64,000 nt of DNA from Zestosphaera tikiterensis (GCA_003056265.1 NBVN01000004.1:261587-325586); one strand, 5' to 3'. Numbered from the stretch's first letter, positions 8,777 through 17,944 are shown. Notes: generated by a model from the sequence alone, not told the origin. Translations and numbers: made by a program.

Positions 8777-10589
8777 GAAGAAGGGTAAGGAACCTAAAGC
8801 TGGTGAAGTTAGGGAAGACCTTAAGAAGGTTGCGAAGCCTTGGGTTAAAGGACCTACGTTAGACGAGATCTTCACAGCTTTATCTCTAACGTTGTTTGAA
8901 TCCTTAGGTAGGTCTTTAGCTAAGACTTTCGAGTTGGATAAAGCATTACTTAAAGCTGGTTTAAACGTCCACCCAACTATATACGCGGCTAAGACTTTAA
9001 CGTTTACTGTTTTAGCCGCTATACTGTCGTTACTTCCAACAGCTGCGTTCATAGTTTTGATTCCAGCTAACATCATAGTTAAGGTTGTGTTGGTGGTTTT
9101 CGCGGCTGTAGTTCCTATCATGGTTTTTGCTTTAAGGCTTTCCTACCCGGCTTTAATAGCTTCAGATAGGAAGTCTGGGGTTGAGAACGAGCTCCCGTTC
9201 TTCATGGCTTACGCGTCAACCATGGTTAAAGCCGGTGTTAGCTTAGATAAGATTATTGAGAGGGTTGCCGAGCTTAAGGTGTTTAAAGCTTTAAGGGATG
9301 AGGCTAGGAGGGTAGTCACTAGGGTTAGGATGTTTGGCGACGACCCTGTCTCGGCGTTGGAGTACGTGGCTTCAAACCACCCAAGCACTAAGTTTAGGGA
9401 CGTTATGTTGGGTTACACAACGACTTTAAGGAGTGGTGGTGACGTAGTCCACTATATGGAGGTTAGGACTAGGGAGTTGTTTGAGGCTAGGATGGTTGAG
9501 ACTAGGTTAATTACTGAAAGGCTTGCTTCATTTCTAGAGCTTTACATAGTTTTAGGCGTGATTATGTCCGTAACGGTCTTCGTGTTCTTCGCTGTTTCCG
9601 GAACGCTTTCGGCGGTGTCCGCCGGGAGGACTACGGGTGTTGTTAGGGTTGATATAACTATGCCTTCACTATATAACTTCCTAGTCCTGCCTACCCTAGG
9701 GTTGGCGGTCTTACTAATGATTCACTACTCCCAACCTAAAACCCCCGTTAAGGTTATGGAGCCTTACTACACTTTAATACCTTTAATACCTGTTGCTGTG
9801 TTAGCTTTCTACATAACTTTAGCGATTACCGGAGGGTTAGGTGTGTTCAGAGGTGTTTTAGGTATTTCTGAGGTTAGGTCTTTAATAATAGCTAGTACCG
9901 TAGCTACATTACTTACTTCAGTGCCTCCATGGCTTGTCTATAGGGGAGTTATGAAAGGGCATAAGGGGTTGATTAGCTCTACAGCTGATTTCCTAAGGGA
10001 CTTAAGCGAGGTTAGGAAGACTGGATTAAGCCCTGAGAAATGTTTGATATCCCTATCTACGAGAGACTATAGGAACTTAACGCCTATAGTTAGTAAGGCT
10101 GGAGCTGCTTTATCGATAGGCTTAAGCCTTGAGGAATCCTTAAGGAGGGTTATTAAAGGCGTTAAAGAATGGTTCGTCATAGCTATCTTCAGATTCTTAA
10201 CGGACTCCATAGTGGTTGGCGGCGGATCCCCCGAAATAGTTGATGCTTTAGCTAGATTCACTCAAAGCTTAAGCGAGTTGGAGGAGGAGATGAGGAGGAG
10301 GTTAAAAGCTTACGTATTCCTACCGTACTTCGGCACGGTAATGCTCGCATCAACACCTATAATGATTATAAACTTACTAGCCACGGCAGGCGGCGCAAAC
10401 CCCGAAGCCTTAGCACCGTTAATAGCTGTGTTAGGCGCTGGCAGCATGATAAACGCATACATAATGGGTTTAGTTGCTGGGAAATCCGCCGAGATGAGCA
10501 TAGCTTCAGGTTTTAAACACGCTGTCGTAATGGTAGCTTTAACTACGGCAACCACGTTAATCACTATGTACTTCTATAAGTTAATTTAA
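8748..10589 (+). CDS. polytopic platform membrane protein (FlaJ/TadC/UpsF-like)
   Basis: A 613-aa multi-TM protein that overlaps and follows the ATPase gene. It has the two-repeat cytoplasmic-domain/TM architecture typical of FlaJ/TadC. Confidence 0.75.
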   Translation: MWLMPSLRRRKKGKEPKAGEVREDLKKVAKPWVKGPTLDEIFTALSLTLFESLGRSLAKTFELDKALLKAGLNVHPTIYAAKTLTFTVLAAILSLLPTAAFIVLIPANIIVKVVLVVFAAVVPIMVFALRLSYPALIASDRKSGVENELPFFMAYASTMVKAGVSLDKIIERVAELKVFKALRDEARRVVTRVRMFGDDPVSALEYVASNHPSTKFRDVMLGYTTTLRSGGDVVHYMEVRTRELFEARMVETRLITERLASFLELYIVLGVIMSVTVFVFFAVSGTLSAVSAGRTTGVVRVDITMPSLYNFLVLPTLGLAVLLMIHYSQPKTPVKVMEPYYTLIPLIPVAVLAFYITLAITGGLGVFRGVLGISEVRSLIIASTVATLLTSVPPWLVYRGVMKGHKGLISSTADFLRDLSEVRKTGLSPEKCLISLSTRDYRNLTPIVSKAGAALSIGLSLEESLRRVIKGVKEWFVIAIFRFLTDSIVVGGGSPEIVDALARFTQSLSELEEEMRRRLKAYVFLPYFGTVMLASTPIMIINLLATAGGANPEALAPLIAVLGAGSMINAYIMGLVAGKSAEMSIASGFKHAVVMVALTTATTLITMYFYKLI

Positions 10590-10595
10590 GCGTGT

Positions 10596-10973
10596 TTAAT
10601 AACGAACTCCCAAACCCTCAAGCAATTCTTTAAAATCTTTTGAATTGTTCACAGCTTTCCGAACGGCTTCATCCAGTAAATCCAGCCTATTCAACCTAAT
10701 CAACACAGTCTTAACTAAATACGTTACTACGAAAAGCGCTACATCCTCAATCCCATAATGTTCTTTAACAGTCTTATAGAACTCCACCGAATCATAGAAG
10801 AACATCTGAAGAGCGTTTAAACCATGCCTAGACTTAAACAAGTAGTCGAGGGTCTGTAGGTAGCCGGGGAAAGCCCTCGTAAACCGTTCCTTGACGTAAT
10901 CGATTAAATCGGAAGCTTCTATACTCACCCCCCACGGAAGAACGCATAGCGATAACCGATTAATTATTGTCAT
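10596..10973 (-). CDS. hypothetical protein
   Basis: ORF track only, with host-like composition. Confidence 0.4.
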   Translation of the reverse strand: MTIINRLSLCVLPWGVSIEASDLIDYVKERFTRAFPGYLQTLDYLFKSRHGLNALQMFFYDSVEFYKTVKEHYGIEDVALFVVTYLVKTVLIRLNRLDLLDEAVRKAVNNSKDFKELLEGLGVRY

Positions 10974-11095
10974 GGAGGTTTAAAAGATTAACGCTTTTAA
11001 AACAAACGTAAAGGATAAACAAACGTTGAAGGTTGGGAAGAATATCTTAAAGAAGTCTTCGGTAATAAAGCAAGAGGGCTTCCTCCCCAGCTTCT

Positions 11096-11422
11096 TTAAG
11101 TTTTGAGGTTTTTCAACTCTTCAGAAACTTCCCTAACTTTACTTAAGTCTACAGTAATTACGTACTCATTCTTTAAAGCTCTCTTTAAAGATTCAGCGAA
11201 AGACCTACCTAAACCTTCTAAACACTCTAAAGAATTGAAGCATTCATTCAACGAATTCACGTAAGTTAAAGACTCAACCCAAACTAAAGAACCTAAAACC
11301 TCCTCAGAATCCATAGGTTCATAACAAAGAAGACCTGAATAACGGCAAACCTCCCTCAAAACATCAACCAAACCATTACGCAAGCCAGAATCAACAAACA
11401 CAACATAACCCACACAAAACAC
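11096..11422 (-). CDS. hypothetical protein
   Basis: ORF track only. Confidence 0.4.
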   Translation of the reverse strand: MFCVGYVVFVDSGLRNGLVDVLREVCRYSGLLCYEPMDSEEVLGSLVWVESLTYVNSLNECFNSLECLEGLGRSFAESLKRALKNEYVITVDLSKVREVSEELKNLKT

Positions 11423-11440
11423 CCTTCCACTACTACACTA

Positions 11441-11677
11441 AACACTAACACTAATATATGCAGGTAAAACTTTAAAAACTTTAAACACACTAAATTTGAC
11501 TACGTCAAACTCTAGAGAAATCCCGTCACGAAGCCAATCTTTTACTATAATATCGAATATCGTGAGTAGTTCTACTAAGAGTTCCTTAAAGACGTCTAGA
11601 ACTTTCTTTAAACTAACTCTTAAGTAAGCCTTAGCTTCCCCTCTTTCGCTGGAGTTAATGCCTACTCTTACATGTGA
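11441..11677 (-). pseudogene. open frame of 79 codons with no start codon; possible gene remnant at the left edge of the island
   Basis: My own translation of the minus strand gives SHVRVGINSSERGEAKAYLRVSLKKVLDVFKELLVELLTIFDIIVKDWLRDGISLEFDVVKFSVFKVFKVLPAYISVSV. There is no ATG/GTG/TTG until near the end. An open frame this long is unlikely by chance in AT-rich DNA. Confidence 0.3.
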
Positions 11678-11747
11678 TTAGATTTTCTAGTTTGATAAGC
11701 CTATCTTAGAAAGTCTAGTTGGGTTAGGTTTTCTAATTCCTCTGTGA

Positions 11748-11761
11748 GTGTAAATTTACAC
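11748..11761. repeat. perfect 14-bp palindrome GTGTAAATTTACAC (copy 1)
   Basis: Read directly from the sequence. An identical copy lies at 17957-17970, a 16-bp variant AGAGTAAATTTACTCT at 17818-17833, and a half-site in the left arm at about 13536-13543. Confidence 0.9.
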
Positions 11762-11834
11762 TTAAGTATGGATTAACTACACCACAAGAAAGTAATAACA
11801 TGTTGTTACGGGTAGGAGTGGGAGAAAAAGAACC

Positions 11835-12767
11835 TTATCTACCGAATCTGCCGAGGATGTTGGTGTGTATGTTACTCTCAATGTTGTAGAGCTCGAACCT
11901 GAACTCTGTATTGCTGAACTCTATTACCGAGTATATCTTAACCACCAAGTGAGTGGTCTCATTGTTCTTTATGTGCGATACCCACCAGTCGCTTAGCTTG
12001 GCTATATCTATCTTTGTTGCGAATGGGAGCACGGTGTCGGCTTTAGCCTTCAGTATTACTGGGTTATATGTAGTTCCCTCGCCTATCTTTATGTTGTTGA
12101 CATAGATCTCGTAATCAATCCTAGTCACAGGTATAGGCACCGCCTGGTGGTTGTATATTGTAGCCCTATGGTTAACCTCTATTACGCTAGGGGATACAGA
12201 ACCCCATATAGACTCTAGGCTCTTCAAAGTCAGCTTGACAGGTCCAACGCTCATGTCTCTCGGCTCATTAGTGTTAAGTCCAGCCAACAGGTTCGTCTCA
12301 AGCTTTGACGAGAACTCGAATGGATAGGCGAATTCCACGGCCTTCAGGTCGAATAATATATTACCAGTTATCTTTACAGTGCTTACCTCATGCTGGTTAA
12401 TGTGTGATGCCAGTCCCTCAGGTATCTTCCTGCTATTGATCAGGCTCTTCAGGACTATAGCTGACTCTGTTTTTGCTGGGAGGCTTATATTAGTGCTTGA
12501 CCCAGATACTATTTTTATATCGTTCAAGTACATGTCGAAAGCTACGCTTTTCACCGGGATAGAGAATGGATTTGGATTATACACCACAATACTTGTTACC
12601 ACTTCCGTGGTGTCGCTAGTGACTGTCCCCCATGAACTAGCAATACTTTTAACCTCAGGCTTCATAGCCTCGCTCGGGGGCTTAGCACCATAATAAAAGT
12701 AGTAGCCTACTCCTAGGGCTACAACAATTAACACGAGGATTAAGAGGACTAACACGCCCTTACTCAT
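11835..12767 (-). CDS. membrane-anchored protein with tandem LEA_2/WHy (LEA14-like) domains
   Basis: An N-terminal TM helix is followed by two repeats of the pattern VxVxNPNPFxIPVxxxxYxxYxNxxxIxxG (VVYNPNPFSIPVKSVAFDMYLNDIKIVSG and TIYNHQAVPIPVTRIDYEIYVNNIKIGEG). Confidence 0.7.
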   Translation of the reverse strand: MSKGVLVLLILVLIVVALGVGYYFYYGAKPPSEAMKPEVKSIASSWGTVTSDTTEVVTSIVVYNPNPFSIPVKSVAFDMYLNDIKIVSGSSTNISLPAKTESAIVLKSLINSRKIPEGLASHINQHEVSTVKITGNILFDLKAVEFAYPFEFSSKLETNLLAGLNTNEPRDMSVGPVKLTLKSLESIWGSVSPSVIEVNHRATIYNHQAVPIPVTRIDYEIYVNNIKIGEGTTYNPVILKAKADTVLPFATKIDIAKLSDWWVSHIKNNETTHLVVKIYSVIEFSNTEFRFELYNIESNIHTNILGRFGR

Positions 12768-12982
12768 GTTTTATCCTCCAATAATCTATAGGAGTTCCCA
12801 TATATTTTGTCAACCAACTGAACAGGATATAAGGGACTCCTGCTGTAAATAGGTTAATAAGATAGGGCAAACCTCCTACTACCCTTAGTAAATTAGCTTT
12901 CCTAAAGGGTTATCGAGTTCTGTGAGCACTTTTAAGCTTTGATACCTGAATGTCGGGTAAAACAGAACTTCAAGTTAGCTTC

Positions 12983-12998
12983 GATAAGCTTATCAAAG
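12983..12998. repeat. 16-bp direct repeat GATAAGCTTATCAAAG (copy 1; copy 2 at 13547-13562)
   Basis: Read directly. The two identical copies lie 564 bp apart and bracket the left arm. Each contains the palindrome GATAAGCTTATC. Confidence 0.9.
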
Positions 12999-13043
12999 AA
13001 GTGAAGGTGTCTCCATTTATAGCATTATCCATTTGAGAGAACT

Positions 13044-13562
13044 ACTCAGAGTAATACTCAGAGTAATGAGATTTCCTACGTAGAGCAATTAAAAAGTATT
13101 CACCTAAGACAATTAGAAAATGAAGAATTTTCAGGCCTCATGGAGATTGGGAATTCGTCAAATAAAAAAATTACGGAATGGGATAATGGGAAATTTAGGT
13201 GGGATAATGGGAAGGTGAATGAAATTCACGCATCGATTATCCCGCTGTTGATTATCCCATTATCCCGGGATATCCCGGGAAGACCACGCGTAGCTTCCCA
13301 TTATCCCATTATCCCACTCTCAAAAACAATATGGGATCCCTAGCGGGATAAACGGGAAAACTGGGAAACCCCGATCAAACAGCATGAGTTTTACATACTA
13401 CTTCATCCTACTAGAAACTAACCCTAGAAACTAGGATCCTCTTCAAACATCCTCCCTAATCCTCCCTAACACACTCTTCAACCAACCCTAACGTAAACCT
13501 AGAACGTTTAATCGGGGCTTGCTCTTTAACTGCGGATTTACACTCTGATAAGCTTATCAAAG
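13044..13562. repeat. left arm of a diverged inverted repeat of about 0.5 kb (non-coding, iteron-rich)
   Basis: By-eye alignment shows it is colinear with the reverse complement of 17945-18431. Shared blocks run from ACTCAGAGTAATACTCAGAGTA at the outer end to ATTTACAC..GAT.AGCT at the inner end. A core of about 100 bp is roughly 85-90% identical. Confidence 0.85.
13179..13370. repeat. iteron array, motif GGGATAA/TTATCCC (at least 8 exact copies on both strands), centred on the palindrome CCCGGGATATCCCGGG (13264-13279)
   Basis: Forward copies start at 13180, 13201 and 13345. Reverse copies start at 13237, 13252, 13260, 13301 and 13309. Degenerate copies also occur. Confidence 0.85.
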
Positions 13563-13579
13563 CTAAGTTTTCTAAGGAC

Positions 13580-13697
13580 TTGAAGATCTTAACAGAGATT
13601 ATCAATCAGAGAAATAGCTAGGAAGGTAGGGCTTAGTAAATCAGCAGTTCATAAAAGACTAGGGAAAATACTTAAAAAGGAAGGGATACACGTTTAA
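13580..13697 (+). pseudogene. frameshifted remnant of an Lrp/AsnC-type HTH
   Basis: Frame 2 gives KDLKILTEIINQRNS*. Frame 3 gives QRLSIREIARKVGLSKSAVHKRLGKILKKEGIHV*. Joined, they match the Lrp/AsnC N-terminal HTH pattern. There is no intact start and a 1-nt frame break near 13590. Confidence 0.35.
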
Positions 13698-13765
13698 GTA
13701 ACGATTAACCACGCTGCTTACAGATTAACTTAAGTAGTTAGTTTTACGGGGATGTTTTAGGTATA

Positions 13766-13793
13766 TCTTTTATATTCTAGGGCAATAACCTAG
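13766..13793 (+). promoter_or_regulatory. candidate TATA box plus small inverted repeat (CTAGG-N7-CCTAG) upstream of the AbrB-like gene
   Basis: TTTTATATT lies about 25 nt upstream of the TTG at 13798, which fits a leaderless transcript. The inverted repeat at 13777-13793 is flanked by TATATT on both sides. Confidence 0.3.
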
Positions 13794-13797
13794 TATA

Positions 13798-13992
13798 TTG
13801 GGGGATGCCTTGGGTTGTGTTGATTTAAGTAGGTGTGTTAAGGTTAAGATATTAAAGTTAAGGAAGAAGCAGAAGGGGGTTGACGTTAGAATACCTAAGG
13901 AAGTCGTGGAGAAGATGAATTTAAAAGGCAAGGAGAAGGTTGAGGTATACGTAGATTATGAAAACGGACTCATAATATATAAACCGTTTTAA
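13798..13992 (+). CDS. AbrB/SpoVT/MazE-type swapped-hairpin DNA-binding protein
   Basis: VRIPKEVVEKMNLKGKEKVEVYVDYENGLIIYKP matches the SpoVT-AbrB domain pattern (v.IPkev.e.lgl..Gd.v.v....g.i.i.p). Confidence 0.7.
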   Translation: MGDALGCVDLSRCVKVKILKLRKKQKGVDVRIPKEVVEKMNLKGKEKVEVYVDYENGLIIYKPF

Positions 13993-13993
13993 G

Positions 13994-14200
13994 GTGGGAA
14001 ACATGGTTAAATGCCCTTACTGTGGCTACGAATCAAACATAAACGACTTTAAACTTCTTAGAAATCCATGGAGATATAGGTTCTACGAGGTTAGGAGGCT
14101 TGAATGCCCTAAATGCCGTAAAGTATTCAACTACTACTACGAAGTAACATCTGAAGGTAAGGAAGTTAAGTTCATGATTAGAGTAAAGCCTAGAGGGTGA
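13994..14200 (+). CDS. small zinc-ribbon protein
   Basis: Two CxxC pairs (CPYC ... CPKC). The start lies 1 nt after the AbrB-like stop, which suggests translational coupling. Confidence 0.6.
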   Translation: MGNMVKCPYCGYESNINDFKLLRNPWRYRFYEVRRLECPKCRKVFNYYYEVTSEGKEVKFMIRVKPRG

Positions 14201-14296
14201 TGAAGCGTCCGAGTTTGTGATTGGGATGAGGTTTGGGGCTGTGAGTATGTTAAAGGTGATGATGAACAGATAAGAAAGGCTTTGAAGGTGTGAAAG

Positions 14297-15841
14297 TTGA
14301 GTAAGGTAGGTCTGGAATTTACTCAAATAAGCTTTGCTTCAGAGGTAAAGGATTGGATAAATGAAATCATTAAAAACGAAAGATTAAGGTTTGAATACGC
14401 TGATATTGAAATAAAGGACCCACGTCGGAAAAGGGCTGATGTAATCCTATGGGAGAAGAGGAGAGAGAAGAAACCAGCACTTTTAATTGAGATATGGGAT
14501 CCAAGCACCCCTCCTTGGGAGGATGCGTTAGATTCCGCCTTAGCTAAAGCATGGAAAAACAATATCCCTTATTTTGTTGTATGGAATTTAACGCACTTCT
14601 ACTGTTGGGATACTTTTAAAGAGGGTGAAGTGATAGATAAGCTTTGGTGGCCTCATGCAGGCGTAAGCGAAGTAGTAACTAAGGCTTTAACGTATGAAGA
14701 CGCTATTTTAAAGTATAGTGAAGGGATTAAAAACTACATTAGAAATTTCCTTAAGGAGTTTGAAGAGGTTTATTACGGTATTAAGGCTAAGCCTTTACTT
14801 GGGATTGATGAAAGATTCATCTATAGGTTAAGAGGCACGATTCACGCACTATCGATACCTGTTTTTGAGGAGTTAAAGAAGAGAACGCAGGAAGACATCC
14901 GGTTTAAGAAGGAGCTTATCAAATACTTTAAGGAACAAGGATGGACGTTTAAAGGAACGGACGAGGATTTCGAAAGAGTAGCAAGGCAATACATCTACTT
15001 ACTTACCAACAAATTACTTTTCTACAACGTTCTCCGTACAATCCCCTCATATAGAGAACTACCTAAGATCGAGATCCCCAAGGATGTCACAACCGGTGAA
15101 AAGCTAAGGGATATACTAAATTCTTACTTTGAACGTGCCTTTAAGACAACCGGAAATTACGAGACAATCCTACTTACAGATTTCTTAGACTCCATAATCC
15201 CGCCGGATGGTGTGGTTGAAGGTCTTAAGGAATTTATCCGTAAGATAAGCGATTACGACTTTTCAAAGATTACATATGAAATCTTAGGAAACATATTTCA
15301 AAGGCTAATACCGGAGGAGGAAAGGCATAAACTCGGTCAGTACTTCACGAGGTCTGATGTAGTTGACCTCATAGTAGGTTTCTGTGTAAGAAATGCCGAC
15401 GATAAAGTGTTGGATGGTAGTTGTGGTGCGGGGACGTTTCTAGTGCGGTCTTACGTGAGGAAAAAGCTACTTAACCCTAGTAAAAAGCATAAGGAGCTTA
15501 TTAAGGAACTATTCGGGATTGACATCGCGAAGTTCCCAGCTCATCTCTCAATCATAAACTTGGCTAGTAGAAACCTATCAGAGGTTGAGAACTACCCTAA
15601 CATCATTCATAAGGATTTCTTCGACGTAAGCCCAAGTGGGAAATATCCCTTAACTGATGTAAAGCATAATGAAGTAAAGCATAAAGTTGAAACTTTAGGT
15701 AAGAAAGAGTTCTTTATTGAAATACCAGAGTCTTTTGATGCTGTAGTGATGAATCCACCATACACTAGGCAGGAGGAATTGGAGGACATACTTGAGGAAG
15801 AAAGAGCAAAGCGTATGATGTATGCATTAAGGATTGGATAG
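14297..15841 (+). pseudogene. type IIG restriction-modification enzyme, fragment 1 of 3 (N-terminal nuclease-like region plus the N6-adenine methyltransferase core)
   Basis: Methyltransferase motifs GQYFTRSDVVDLIV, motif I VLDGSCGAGTFLV and motif IV VVMNPPYTRQEE. The reading frame breaks near 15796-15810, and the protein continues in frame 1. Confidence 0.8.
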
Positions 15842-15954
15842 ACCTTAGAAGCGATAAATACAGGAAAAACAACCCTCCAAAGCTTAGCAAGAGGTCAAGT
15901 ATCTACGTTTACTTCTTCATCCACGGAGCTAGGTTCTTAAAAGAAGGCGGTAGG

Positions 15955-16737
15955 TTGGGGTTGATTACTTCAAACTCTTGGCTGGACGTTGATTATGGCG
16001 GAGACTTGCAAAGATTCTTTCTTGAAAACTTCAAGATAATCGCTGTTATTGAAAGTAAGGTAGAGAGGTGGTTTGAAGACGCCGATATCAACACAGCGAT
16101 AACGATACTTGAGAGATGTAGCAATTCAGAAGAAAGAAATAACAACTTAGTCAAATTCGTCCAGCTTAAGAAACCTCTATCTGAATTCATACCTCCAACA
16201 AACGATGAAAACGAAAGGTGGAGAAACGTTGATAAATTAGTTAACTTCATAGAATCTAAAAACCAATACTTCGAAGATGAAAACATAAGGATATTTGTAA
16301 AGAAGCAGGAGGAGCTATGGGAAGAAGGTTACGATGAAGAGAAAAAAGAATACGTTGGAACAAAGTGGGGCAAATATATTAGGGCTCCAGAAATTTTTTA
16401 CAAGGTCTTGACTACCAAAAAAGATAAATTTGTGCCTCTTAAGAAACTAGCAAGAATCGGTCGAGGTTTAAGGACAGGTTTCAATTCCTTCTTTTACTTA
16501 AGTGCTCAGAAAGCTGAAAAACTCGGAATTATGAACTTTACACGTCCACTAATTAAATCTCCAAAGGATAGTGAGTACACTCTGTTAAGTAAAGCTAAAT
16601 TGCGAAATAGAATTTTTACAGTAAATGAGGAATTAAATTCTCTTATAAGGACAAAAGCTTATGACTATATAAAAATGGGCGAGAGAAAAGGGGTGCCTCA
16701 AAGACGAGGTAAAAAAAGAAAAATGGTGGTCCTTTGA
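15955..16737 (+). pseudogene. type IIG restriction-modification enzyme, fragment 2 of 3
   Basis: Frame 1 is already open from 15796 (..DLRSDKYRKNNPPKLSKRSSIYVYFFIHGARFLKEGGRLGLITSNSWLDVDYG), which is the expected continuation after NPPY. The fragment ends at a frameshift in the A7 run at 16711-16717. Confidence 0.8.
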
Positions 16738-16777
16738 GGAGGAATGTATAAGGGCTGATTTATTTATTCCAATCCAA

Positions 16778-17707
16778 TTGTGGGAAACATATAAAATATT
16801 TCTTAATGATACAAAAGAACACATACTGTTTGATCAGCAATTGAGCGGTCTTAAATTTAAGGATTTTAAGACAGCAAAGCTTGTTTGTGCAGTATTAACC
16901 TCTACCCTAGGCAACTTATTCTTGGAGATTGTAGGAAGAAGTCAGCTTGGTCAGGGGTCATTACAACTAGCGACTATAGATCTCCATAGCCTTCCTTGCT
17001 TGATTATAGCAGAGGAAAAGATAATAGAAAAAATTTTCAAGGTTTTTGAAAAACTATGTGAAAGAAAGATTTTAACTATCTATGAAGAGATCGGTGCAAG
17101 TTCGCCAGAAGGAGTTTCCCTAAATAAAGTAAAGCCTGATAGAAGGGAATTAGATAAAATCATAATGGGTGAAATCTTAGGCTTAACTGAGGAAGAGCAG
17201 TTAGAGGTTTATAGAGCAGTTGTGGATCTTGTTAGGTCGAGGCTTGAAAGAGCTAAAAGCGTTCAAAAGAAGAAGGTTAAGGAGCTGAATGTTGACGATC
17301 TTGTGGATTCTGTTTTAAAAGAATTAGAGGAAGTTCACGGTATAAAGGCTAAAGAATTCCCGGAAGAGTACATAGGGAGGTGTGAGTATAAAGTTGTTGA
17401 AGTTCCAAAGGGGTCTGAAGTTGAGGTTGGTTATGATTTAAGAGGTCCGTACGTTCGAATAGATAATGAAAAGGTTAGATGTTCTTCAATTTACGAAGCA
17501 AGGTTCATAGGATATGCTGTTTTAGCTGGTAAGACCAAGATAATGGTACCTAAAGATGAAAACATATTGAAAAAAGCTGTAGAAGAAAGAAGGAAGTTCC
17601 TAGAGGAAGCAAGGATGAAGATAGAGGAATTTATTAATGAAACGATAACGGATAAAAAGCTAAGAGAGGATGTAAAGTTTAAAGCATTTAAGAAGCTAGG
17701 CATGTAA
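16778..17707 (+). pseudogene. type IIG restriction-modification enzyme, fragment 3 of 3 (C-terminal target-recognition region)
   Basis: Frame 2 is open from 16673 and reads ..KKEKWWSFEEECIRADLFIPIQLWETYKIF.., continuing fragment 2 across the A-run. Confidence 0.75.
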
Positions 17708-17817
17708 CACTATTTATGAGAACCCTAGACGCTATAAAGTTTTCTAATTAAGAGCATATATGTGAATACCTGCAAATCTCATAAAGAGGGAAGACTTTAA
17801 AAACATTATCACTATAG

Positions 17818-17833
17818 AGAGTAAATTTACTCT
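17818..17833. repeat. 16-bp palindrome AGAGTAAATTTACTCT (variant of the GTGTAAATTTACAC family)
   Basis: Read directly from the sequence. Confidence 0.85.
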
Positions 17834-17944
17834 TAAAACACATTCCAACCTACACTAAAACCTCAGAAAAGCTAATTAAAATAAAAAACTAGATTTTCAG
17901 AGTTTATCAAGAACTGAAAATTCACTCAACCAGCTTTCTTAGTT

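Noticed and set aside
13140-13343. ORFs predicted inside the iteron arrays (13140-13343 on the left; 18030-18275, 18112-18297, 18121-18417 and 18131-18337 on the right).
   Set aside because: They are the short DNA repeats read as peptide repeats (WDNG, IIPL, CPIVP). Several mutually overlapping frames are open at once. The differences between the arms are not synonymous in any shared frame.
14197-14260. Possible C/D-box sRNA between the zinc-ribbon gene and the R-M gene (GTGATGA at 14197, GGATGAG further downstream).
   Set aside because: There is no canonical CUGA D box at the right distance (only CUGUGAG). The first box overlaps the stop codon of the upstream gene.
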